From: an uncultured bacterium
GTDB taxonomy: Bacteria > Krumholzibacteriota > Krumholzibacteriia > JACNKJ01
Assembly: GCA_963695095.1 (NCBI GenBank)
Contig: CAVOFT010000001.1
Location: forward strand, 1,408,001 to 1,472,000
Direction: 5' to 3'
Length of the DNA stretch: 64,000 bases
The position numbers and the translations under genes were made by a program. The notes beneath the pieces are model-generated. The model made no database searches, was not told the origin of the DNA, and saw nothing but the letters and a program-made list of their open reading frames with translations. Each line of letters begins with the position of its first letter. Position 1 is the stretch's first letter. This document shows positions 8,385-16,199 of this stretch, piece after piece.

Positions 8385-9008
8385 ATGATGCGCCATGCAA
8401 TCGCGACCCTTGGTCTCGGCCTGGCGGTGCTGCTGCCCCTCGCTTGTGCGAATGAGCCCCAGACCGCCGCCGAGCCGCTCGTGCGCGCCTACATCGAGGC
8501 CTGGAACGCCGGCGATGCGGCCGGCCTCGCCAAGCTGCTGGACGAAGATGCCGTCTGGCAGATCGGCATGGCGCGGGTCGCGGGCCGGGAGAACATCCTG
8601 GCCGTGCTCGAGTACGACAGGGCACTCAATGCCCAATTCTCGATCGAGAACCTGCGGGCCAGCGCGGATACCGTTGACTGCGAACTCGTCCGCAGCGACG
8701 ATCTCCTCGACTGCCTCGGACTGCCGCAGTCCCGTCACTTCACGCGCCTGCGCGTGTCCGGCGGCCGCATCCTGGAGATCGTCCCGCGGGGCGAGCCGCT
8801 GCAGATGGCCTTGTTGAGGGCCCGCTACGCGCAGTTCGCGGCCTGGCTGCGGGTGACGCACCCCGACGCCTTGCCGCAACTGCAAGGGGCCCAGGGCGGC
8901 GGGCCCCTGAGCGCCGAAGCTGCTCAGCTCACGCTGCAACTCGCGCGGGAGTGGCGGGCGGCCGAGGGCGCCATGGGGGCCGATGCCGGCGGGCGATCGA
9001 CCCCCTGA
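8385..9008 (+). CDS. NTF2/SnoaL-like domain lipoprotein
   Basis: Lipobox LPLAC; LVRAYIEAWNAGD...L..LL.EDAVW......GRE.I is a SnoaL-like N-terminus. Confidence 0.7.
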   Translation: MMRHAIATLGLGLAVLLPLACANEPQTAAEPLVRAYIEAWNAGDAAGLAKLLDEDAVWQIGMARVAGRENILAVLEYDRALNAQFSIENLRASADTVDCELVRSDDLLDCLGLPQSRHFTRLRVSGGRILEIVPRGEPLQMALLRARYAQFAAWLRVTHPDALPQLQGAQGGGPLSAEAAQLTLQLAREWRAAEGAMGADAGGRSTP

Positions 9009-9020
9009 GGCGCTGCTTTC

Positions 9021-10274
9021 TCACTTCAGCACAATCAGCCGCCGGGCCTGCACCTCGCCTCCCGCTTCGAGTCGGTAAATGTAGCTGCCGCTGGCGAGCC
9101 CCTTGCCGCCCAGCTTCAGCGCATGGATGCCGGCCTCGAAGCAGCCATCGGCCAAAACGCGCAGCAGGCGACCTTGCGCATCGTGCAGGGTGAGCTTCGC
9201 GGGCCCTGGGGCCGCCAGCGTGAAGCTCAAGGTCGTTGTCGGATTGAAGGGGTTCGGGTGATTCTGCGCGAGCAGGGCGCGTGGGACCGCGGGTGTGTCC
9301 GGCGCCGCCACTGCGTCGCGCGCGTTCTTGAACACACCGCTGCTCTGCGAGGCCGCGTAGTGCACGCCGCCCGGCCCGTTGACCAGGCCGATCACGTCCG
9401 TCGCGCTGAGGCCCTCGGTGTAGAGCGCCCAGGTATCGCCCATGTCTTCGGAGCGGTAGACGCCGTTGCACTCATCCGCCATCAGCATCGTGCCCCAATC
9501 GTTGCCGTAGGCGATGTCCCCGTAGCAGCCCCATTCCTGCACCGGCAGATTCTCCGTCAGCTCCATCCAGCTATCGCCGAAATCCCAGGAGCGCAGCAGG
9601 TGCATCTCGTAGTTCGTCGTGTCGTAGCCGGCAAGGAAGAGCGCGAAGCTGGGGGCGAAGGAGAGAATGCCCCAGTCCTCAGCCGCCGGCGGTACCGCGA
9701 GCGATAGCCAACTGGCGGCGTAGTCCTCGGAGCGCCACAGGCCCGTATCTCCCTTCACCCAGAGATGCGCATTGCCCCCGGCCTCAAGATCGAAGTACTG
9801 GTCGCAGATCAGGTTCTCGGCCACCGGTTGCCAGCCATAACCGCCATCGCAGGAGTAGAAGAGGCCGCCGCCGTACTCCACGGCGGCGTAGACGTCACCC
9901 GTCAGCGGATGCACTACGAGCTGGGAGACGAACTCGCCTTCTGTCAGCACGGTGACCTGGTCCCAGCTCGCGCCCTTGTCGGCAGTCACCAAGAGTCCGC
10001 TACTCCAGGTGTCGTTGCAGATCAGGGTGCCGAAGTCCGTGCAGACCATTTCCGTGAGATCGCTGGGGCCGCCGACATCGGTCCAGCTGAGCCCGTCGTC
10101 CTCGCTCACCCTGACGCCCATGTAGAGGCCGCCGATGTAGATGGTACCATCCGCGGCGACGGCGATGGCGCGGGTACTCGTGTACTCGGGGCCGATCCAC
10201 TCCCAAGTGTCCTGGGCTGCCGCCACGCCGGTCATGACGACCAGGATGGCGATGCCCAACTGAAGGTGTCGCAT
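9021..10274 (-). CDS. secreted BNR/Asp-box beta-propeller protein with a C-terminal FlgD-Ig/T9SS-like domain
   Basis: Signal peptide; repeated S.D.G.SW Asp-boxes; QNHPNPFNPTT...SGSYIYRL...RRLIVLK tail. Confidence 0.82.
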   Translation of the reverse strand: MRHLQLGIAILVVMTGVAAAQDTWEWIGPEYTSTRAIAVAADGTIYIGGLYMGVRVSEDDGLSWTDVGGPSDLTEMVCTDFGTLICNDTWSSGLLVTADKGASWDQVTVLTEGEFVSQLVVHPLTGDVYAAVEYGGGLFYSCDGGYGWQPVAENLICDQYFDLEAGGNAHLWVKGDTGLWRSEDYAASWLSLAVPPAAEDWGILSFAPSFALFLAGYDTTNYEMHLLRSWDFGDSWMELTENLPVQEWGCYGDIAYGNDWGTMLMADECNGVYRSEDMGDTWALYTEGLSATDVIGLVNGPGGVHYAASQSSGVFKNARDAVAAPDTPAVPRALLAQNHPNPFNPTTTLSFTLAAPGPAKLTLHDAQGRLLRVLADGCFEAGIHALKLGGKGLASGSYIYRLEAGGEVQARRLIVLK

Positions 10275-10335
10275 GCCTCCCCTCCCTTGCTCGCACGCGC
10301 TTTCCTGCGCGCGCGACAGCAGCATGGCGGGAAGG

Positions 10336-10355
10336 CGTTACGCGGCCGTTACGCG
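10336..10355. promoter_or_regulatory. tandem direct repeat with 11-bp period, putative response-regulator site
   Basis: CGTTACGCG at 10336 and 10347 in the divergent intergenic region. Confidence 0.4.
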
Positions 10356-10565
10356 CGGGAGCCTACGCCCGAATTGGCTCTGGTATTAGCCGGCAGCGCG
10401 CGCTACTGTGGACGCGACTCGGCCCGAGCGGCTGAGGGGCCCAGAAGCCATGTCCGCGCACAGGACGCACTCGCCGCTCTTTCGCCGCCGTTCCGTCGCT
10501 CGCGTACTGGGGCGATCCTGCACACCGGAGACGATCCGCTCCGCAATTACCGGGATACGCAAGCG

Positions 10566-11957
10566 ATGACACTCTATCTGATCAATCCCTCCAATCCACT
10601 CGTCAGCATGGCCAAGGTCAAGGAGAACAAGTGGAATCGCTATCGAGTGTGGAAGCCCCTCGGTCTGATGGTCCTGGCCGGCCTGACCCCCGCCGAGTGG
10701 GAAGTTACCATTCTCGATGAGAATCTCGGCGTCCCGGACTACGATGCGCTGCCCCGGCCGGACCTGGTGGGGATCACGGCCTTCACCTCACAGGCGAATC
10801 GGGCCTACGAGATCGCCGGTCACTATCGGCGACTCGGCGTGCCAGTGGTCATGGGCGGCATCCATGCCACGATGTGTCTGGAAGAAGTCCAGGCCCGCGT
10901 GGACGGCGTGGTCACGGGCGAGGCGGAAGGCGTCTGGGCGCGGCTCCTGGCCGATGTCCAGCGCGGGCAGCTCGCGCCGCGCTACGAGGGCGCCCTGGCG
11001 GGGATCGATCAGGTCCCGCCGGCGCGTCACGATTTGCTGGCCTCGGGCTATGCCTTCGGCGCCATCCAGACCACGCGCGGCTGTCCGCTGAACTGTAGCT
11101 TCTGCAGCGTCACCGCCTTCAACGGCGCCCGCTACCGGATGCGATCGATCCCCGATGTCATCGGCGAGTTCCGGCTGGTCCGCGAGAAGCGCGTGCTGGT
11201 GGTCGACGACAACCTCATCGGCACCAGCGCCGCCCATATCGCCCGCGCCAAGGATCTCTTCCGCGCCATGATCGCGGCCAAGCTGAACAAGGACTGGATC
11301 GCCCAGGCGACGATCAATGTGGCCGACGATGAGGAGCTACTCGGCCTGGCGGCGAAGGCCGGCTGTCGGGGCTTCTTCATCGGCTTCGAATCACCGAGCC
11401 CCGAAGGCCTGCGCGAAGTCAGCAAGAAGTTCAATCTTCTGAAGGACCGGGACTTCCGGGCCTCCGTGCGACGTATCCAGCGGCACGGCATCCTCGTCGT
11501 GGGCTCATTCATCATCGGCCTGGATGTGGACAAGCCCGGCATCGGCAAGCGCATCGCCGAGGTCGCCAGCGAGTACGGCGTGGACAGCTTGAACGCGCTG
11601 TACTTGACGCCGCTGCCCGGCACACGCCTCTGGGACCAGATGCAGGCCGACGACCGCATCGCGCTCAACACCTTCCCCGCGGACTGGCAGTACTACACGC
11701 TGACCTTCCCCGTCGCCCGCTACAAGCACCTATCCGTGGATGCGATCAACGCCGAGATGCTCGCCTGCGATCGCGCCTTCTACTCGATCCCCCGCATCCT
11801 GAACAGGGTCTGGAGCAACTTCTGGGGTCGGCGTCAGCCCTTGATCAGCCTGGTGGGAAATCTCTCCTACCGCAGAAACCACGACTTGAGCGCGGAGGCC
11901 TACCTGACCTTCCGCCGCTACCTGGCCGCCACCGCTGTGGCCGGGTCCGCGCGGTGA
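10566..11957 (+). CDS. B12-binding domain radical SAM protein
   Basis: PLGL..LA, DLVGIT, VVMGGIHAT, GEAE B12-binding domain; RGCPLNCSFC (CxxxCxxC); VDDN, IGFES, TPLPGT.L. Confidence 0.9.
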   Translation: MTLYLINPSNPLVSMAKVKENKWNRYRVWKPLGLMVLAGLTPAEWEVTILDENLGVPDYDALPRPDLVGITAFTSQANRAYEIAGHYRRLGVPVVMGGIHATMCLEEVQARVDGVVTGEAEGVWARLLADVQRGQLAPRYEGALAGIDQVPPARHDLLASGYAFGAIQTTRGCPLNCSFCSVTAFNGARYRMRSIPDVIGEFRLVREKRVLVVDDNLIGTSAAHIARAKDLFRAMIAAKLNKDWIAQATINVADDEELLGLAAKAGCRGFFIGFESPSPEGLREVSKKFNLLKDRDFRASVRRIQRHGILVVGSFIIGLDVDKPGIGKRIAEVASEYGVDSLNALYLTPLPGTRLWDQMQADDRIALNTFPADWQYYTLTFPVARYKHLSVDAINAEMLACDRAFYSIPRILNRVWSNFWGRRQPLISLVGNLSYRRNHDLSAEAYLTFRRYLAATAVAGSAR

Positions 11958-11973
11958 ATACCCTCGTCCCGGA

Positions 11974-13350
11974 GTGCTGCTCGTGAGCGACCCGCTCTTC
12001 TGGCATCGCCTGCAGTTCGGCTTCACGATCACCTTTCACTACCTCTTTCCGCAGCTGACGATGGGCCTGGCCCTGCTCATCGTCGTCATGAAGGCCCTCG
12101 GACTGCGCGGCGGCGGCGAGGCCTGGAACGACGCCGCGCGCTTCTGGATCCGCCTTTTCGGCCTTGCCTTCGCGATGGGTGTGGTCACCGGCCTGCCGAT
12201 GGAGTTCCAATTCGGCACCAACTGGGCGGTCTTCACAGCCAAGACGGGCGGCGTCATCGGCCAGACCCTGGCCATGGAGGGCATCTTCGCCTTCTTCCTC
12301 GAGTCCAGCGTTCTCGCCGTGCTGCTCTTCGGCGAGCGGCGCTTCGGCCCGCGGCTGCACGCCCTGGCCGCCCTCGCGCTTTTCATCGGCAGCTGGCTGT
12401 CGGGTTACTTCATCATCGCGACGAACGCCTTCATGCAGCACCCGGTGGGCCACTCCGTGGATGCCGCGGGCAATTTCCAGATCGCCCGGCTGACGGCCTT
12501 CGTCTTCAGCCCTTGGGCGATTGTCGAGTTCCTGCACAACCAGGTGGCCGCGGTCGTCACCGGCGCCTTTGCGATGGCGGCGGTGGGGGCTTTCTGGACC
12601 CTGCGCCGGGAGCACACCGAGCTCGCCGCGCGCTCGCTGCGCACCGGCGTGATCGCCGGGCTCGCCGCCTCCGTGCTGGTGACCTTCCCCACGGGGCACG
12701 AGCAAGGGCGCCTCGTGGCCGCGCACCAGCCCGTCGCCCTGGCCGCCATGGAAGGGCGCTTCGAGAGCGGACCGCGCGCGCCGCTGGCGATGATCGGCCA
12801 GCCCAACGTCGCCGAGCGCAAGCTCGACAACCCCATCCGGCTGCCGGCCGTACTCTCCTGGATCGCCTACGGGAGCTTTTCGGCCAATGTGAACGGCCTG
12901 ACGGCCTACCCGGAGACGGACTGGCCCGCGAACATCGAACTGCTCTTCTACGCCTTCCACATCATGGTGGGCCTGGGCACGCTGTTCGTCGGCGTGATGG
13001 GAATCGCCGCGCTCCTGCTCTGGCGCAGGCGGCTCGACCGCGCCCGCTGGCTGCTGTGGACGCTGGCGCTGGCCTTTCCCTTTCCCTTCATCGCCAATAC
13101 GGCCGGCTGGCTGACGGCCGAACTGGGCCGCCAGCCCTGGCTCATCTACGGTCTGTTGCGCACGGCTGCCGGCAGCTCGCCGACCGTGCACGCCGGCGCC
13201 ACGCTTTTCACCACCCTCGGGTTCGCCGGCCTCTACTTCGTGCTCGGCGCGCTCTTTCTTGCCCTGGTCGCGCGGGAGATCCAGCATGGGCCCCAACCGC
13301 TCAGGGCGGCGGTCGCAGCCGCGGCAGCACAGCACGGAGAGGACGCATGA
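11974..13350 (+). CDS. cydA: cytochrome bd ubiquinol oxidase subunit I
   Basis: RLQF..T..FHYLF, MEFQFGTNW, AFFLES, FLHN, LAAMEG, FHIMVG, ELGRQPW; start may instead be GTG 11983. Confidence 0.95.
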   Translation: MLLVSDPLFWHRLQFGFTITFHYLFPQLTMGLALLIVVMKALGLRGGGEAWNDAARFWIRLFGLAFAMGVVTGLPMEFQFGTNWAVFTAKTGGVIGQTLAMEGIFAFFLESSVLAVLLFGERRFGPRLHALAALALFIGSWLSGYFIIATNAFMQHPVGHSVDAAGNFQIARLTAFVFSPWAIVEFLHNQVAAVVTGAFAMAAVGAFWTLRREHTELAARSLRTGVIAGLAASVLVTFPTGHEQGRLVAAHQPVALAAMEGRFESGPRAPLAMIGQPNVAERKLDNPIRLPAVLSWIAYGSFSANVNGLTAYPETDWPANIELLFYAFHIMVGLGTLFVGVMGIAALLLWRRRLDRARWLLWTLALAFPFPFIANTAGWLTAELGRQPWLIYGLLRTAAGSSPTVHAGATLFTTLGFAGLYFVLGALFLALVAREIQHGPQPLRAAVAAAAAQHGEDA

Positions 13351-14390
13351 TGGAGACTGCCTGGTACGCCATCGCCGCGTTCACGCTGGCCGCCTACGTG
13401 GTGATGGATGGCTTCGATCTCGGTGCGGGCGCCCTCCACCTGTGGGTAGCGCGCGCCGATGGGGAGCGGCGCCAGGTGCTAGCCGCCATCGGTCCCTTCT
13501 GGGACGGCAACGAAGTCTGGCTGCTCGCCGCGGGCGGCGTGCTCTTTCTCGCCTTTCCGAAGGCGCTGGCGGCTGGGCTCTCGGGCTTCTACCTGGCGAT
13601 CATGCTCCTGCTCTGGCTGCTCATCCTGCGCGGCATCGCTATCGAGTTTCGCTCCCATGTCGGCGACGGCATGTGGCGCAGCTTCTGGGATGCCACCTTC
13701 GGCCTCGCCTCGACACTGCTGCCCCTGCTCTTCGGCGCCGCCCTCGGCAACCTGATCCGCGGCGTGCCGCTGGATGGGGAAGGCTGGTTCGCACTGGCTC
13801 TGTTCGCCTCCTTCTCGCCGCGGGGAGCCTCGGGGCTCCTGGACTGGTTCACGCTGCTGACCGGGCTGCTTGCCCTCGCTGCCATCGCACACCATGGTGC
13901 GCTCTTTCTCGCCTGGAAGACCACGGGTCCGGTGCGCGAGCGCAGCCGCCGCTCTGCCGGCCTGCTCTTCCCGATGGTGCTGGGGCTTTGGGCGTTGACG
14001 ACGGCGGCCACCGTCCTCCTCGCGCCCGCCCTCTTCGCCGCCCTCGCGGCGCGGCCGCTGGCCTGGGCGGCCAGCGGCCTCTTCGTGGTCGGCTTTGCGG
14101 GCAGTCTTGCCGCCCGCCGCGCCGGGCACGATCTGCTGGCCTTCCTGGGCTCCGGCGCCTTCCTCCTCGGTCTCCTCGGCGCTACGGCCACCGCGCTCTA
14201 CCCGGCCCTGATCCCCGCGACGGATCCGGCGCTCTCGCTGACTGCGGCCGGCTGCGCGTCCAGCCCCGAGTCGCTGGCGGCGGGTCTGCGCTGGTGGCCG
14301 GCAGGCTTCGCCCTTGCCGTCGCCTACGTCGTCATCGTCTTTCGCCTGCACCGGGGCCGGGCTCGGGCGGCAGACGACGACGCTTACTGA
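13347..14390 (+). CDS. cydB: cytochrome bd ubiquinol oxidase subunit II
   Basis: Y.VMDGFDLGAG, IGPFWDGNEVWL, LILRG.AIEFR, GNLIRGVP; ATGA overlap with cydA. Confidence 0.95.
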   Translation: MMETAWYAIAAFTLAAYVVMDGFDLGAGALHLWVARADGERRQVLAAIGPFWDGNEVWLLAAGGVLFLAFPKALAAGLSGFYLAIMLLLWLLILRGIAIEFRSHVGDGMWRSFWDATFGLASTLLPLLFGAALGNLIRGVPLDGEGWFALALFASFSPRGASGLLDWFTLLTGLLALAAIAHHGALFLAWKTTGPVRERSRRSAGLLFPMVLGLWALTTAATVLLAPALFAALAARPLAWAASGLFVVGFAGSLAARRAGHDLLAFLGSGAFLLGLLGATATALYPALIPATDPALSLTAAGCASSPESLAAGLRWWPAGFALAVAYVVIVFRLHRGRARAADDDAY

Positions 14391-14609
14391 ACCAGGGCGA
14401 GAGCGCCCGGAGAGCGGCCGCCCAGGGCCGCTGCGTCGATTCCGCTTCCATCCCTGATCACCAGCAGCTATGGTGAGAGATCAACATCTGGGCGGTCTTG
14501 CGCGATCGGCGGCGAACGCCGCATCCATTCCAGAGATCTGCGCAGCCCTGCACGCCCATCTGCTCACCCAGCTTCGAGCGCTCTCCTCGGGACGGAAGGG
14601 GATCTTGGC

Positions 14610-15206
14610 ATGTCATCTCTATTGGAAGGTCTCATGGGCCAGCTTGGCGGAGGCGCCCTGGCCGGGCTCAGCCGCCAGCTCGGCACGGACACGAAGCAGA
14701 CCCAGGCCGGGATCGCGGCCGCTCTGCCCATGCTGCTCGGGGCGCTGTCCCGCAACAGCGAGAGCGGCGCCGGCGCCAGCGCGCTCAGCGCCGCCCTCGA
14801 TCGGGACCACGACGGCGGCATCCTCAACGATCCGGCCGGCTTTCTCGGGCAGGGCGATACCGCCCCCGGCGCGGGCATCCTGAAGCACTTGTTCGCCGAC
14901 AAGCAGACGCGGGTCGCGAACGGGCTCAGCCAGGCGACCGGCATGGACGGCGCCGCGGCCGGCAAGCTGCTTGCCCTGCTGGCGCCCATGGTTCTGGGTG
15001 CCCTGGGCAGGGCCAAGCGACAGGGCAATCTGGATCCCGCCCAGCTCTCCAGCTATCTGGGCAAGGAGCGGCAGGCCGTCGAGAAGGCGGCGCCGCAGCA
15101 GCTAGGGGCCTTGAACCGCATGCTCGACGCCGACGGCGACGGCGACGTGGATCTCTCGGATCTGCTCAAGCAGGGCAGTCTCTTGGGCAAGCTCTTCGGC
15201 CGCTAG
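14610..15206 (+). CDS. DUF937 family protein
   Basis: AALP.LLGAL..N, AL..DHDG.IL, G.GIL.HLF, LL.LLAPMVLG.L, EF-hand-like LDADGDG tail. Confidence 0.85.
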   Translation: MSSLLEGLMGQLGGGALAGLSRQLGTDTKQTQAGIAAALPMLLGALSRNSESGAGASALSAALDRDHDGGILNDPAGFLGQGDTAPGAGILKHLFADKQTRVANGLSQATGMDGAAAGKLLALLAPMVLGALGRAKRQGNLDPAQLSSYLGKERQAVEKAAPQQLGALNRMLDADGDGDVDLSDLLKQGSLLGKLFGR

Positions 15207-15248
15207 GGAGTTCCTCTGGCTGAGGATCACATTGCCACCACAAGGAGG

Positions 15249-15764
15249 ATGACCATGGGACTCATCGATTTCGTCAAGGACGCCGGCGAGAAGCTGTTCG
15301 GCAAGAGCAAGGCGGAGCAGGCGGCCGCGGAGACCGCGCAGGCAGCGCAGGCCGCTGAAGCCAAGGCTGCCGAGGCTGCCGTGAACCGCGCCAAGGCCGA
15401 CGCCCTGGCCGCGCAGATCCGGGCCCTCGGCTTGAAGGTCGAGCATCTCGAGCTCGAGTTCGCAAGCGGCGTGGCTCGCGTGGCGGGCAGCACACCCACG
15501 CAGGGCGACAAGGAGAAGATCATCCTGGTGCTGGGCAACACGCGGGGCGTGGCGCAGGTGGACGACCAGCTCGTCGTCGTGAAGCCGGCGCCCGAGGCCG
15601 CGCTCTACACGGTGCAGTCGGGCGACACGCTCTCGAAGATCGCCAAGGCGCACTACGGCGACGCCGCCAAGTATCCGCTCGTCTTCGCCGCCAATCAGCC
15701 CATGCTCAGCGATCCGAACAAGATCTACCCGGGCCAGGTGCTGCGCATTCCGGCCCAGAGCTGA
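15249..15764 (+). CDS. kbp: BON-LysM protein (Kbp/YgaU family)
   Basis: MGL.DFVKDAGEKLFG, EKIIL..GN..GV..VDD, YTVQSGDTLSKIAK..YG, ANQPML.DP.KIYPGQVLRIP. Confidence 0.88.
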   Translation: MTMGLIDFVKDAGEKLFGKSKAEQAAAETAQAAQAAEAKAAEAAVNRAKADALAAQIRALGLKVEHLELEFASGVARVAGSTPTQGDKEKIILVLGNTRGVAQVDDQLVVVKPAPEAALYTVQSGDTLSKIAKAHYGDAAKYPLVFAANQPMLSDPNKIYPGQVLRIPAQS

Positions 15765-15841
15765 AGCATCGACATCGCGGAGCGCGCCCGGCGCGTTCCG
15801 CGGGGTACCCGACTGCGAGAGAAACCACAGAGGAGCCAAGC

Positions 15842-16048
15842 ATGAGCATCGTCAAGGTCATCGAAGTCATCGCCACCTCGAAGAAGAGCTGGGACGACGC
15901 CGCCCAGAACGCCGTCACCGAGGCCGGCAAGACGGTCAAGAACATCAAGCAGATCTACGTGGAGAACATGACCGCCACGGTGGATGCCAAGGGCAAGATC
16001 TCCGAGTTCCGCATCAACGGGAAGATCTCCTTCGTCGTTTCGGGCTGA
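15842..16048 (+). CDS. dodecin family protein
   Basis: 68 aa; KVIEVIATS.KSWDDAAQNAV.EA.KTVKNI...ISF. Confidence 0.9.
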   Translation: MSIVKVIEVIATSKKSWDDAAQNAVTEAGKTVKNIKQIYVENMTATVDAKGKISEFRINGKISFVVSG

Positions 16049-16199
16049 GCCGGCGGACAAGAGAGGCCGGGAACTCGGCGTGGGGCGATGATCTCCCCCG
16101 CCGGGCCTTCGCCGATTGACCCGAGCGGCTGGCCGCCTCGGGGGCATCCAGGGTATAATGGGGGCTGGATTGCCTAGCCCCCTCGCCCTGGAGCTCAGC

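Noticed and set aside
3559..9020. Integron with attC sites
   Set aside because: No integrase, and I found no complementary RYYYAAC...GTTRRRY pairs after the stop codons; the nearest candidate (after 5954) does not pair.
14391..14609. Small cydX-like ORF or ncRNA after cydB
   Set aside because: No short hydrophobic ORF with an RBS; only short GC hairpins expected by chance.
16116..16159. TTGACC...TATAAT promoter for the VPS10 gene
   Set aside because: The two boxes are about 32 bp apart; TATAAT may be a real -10 but this -35 cannot pair with it.
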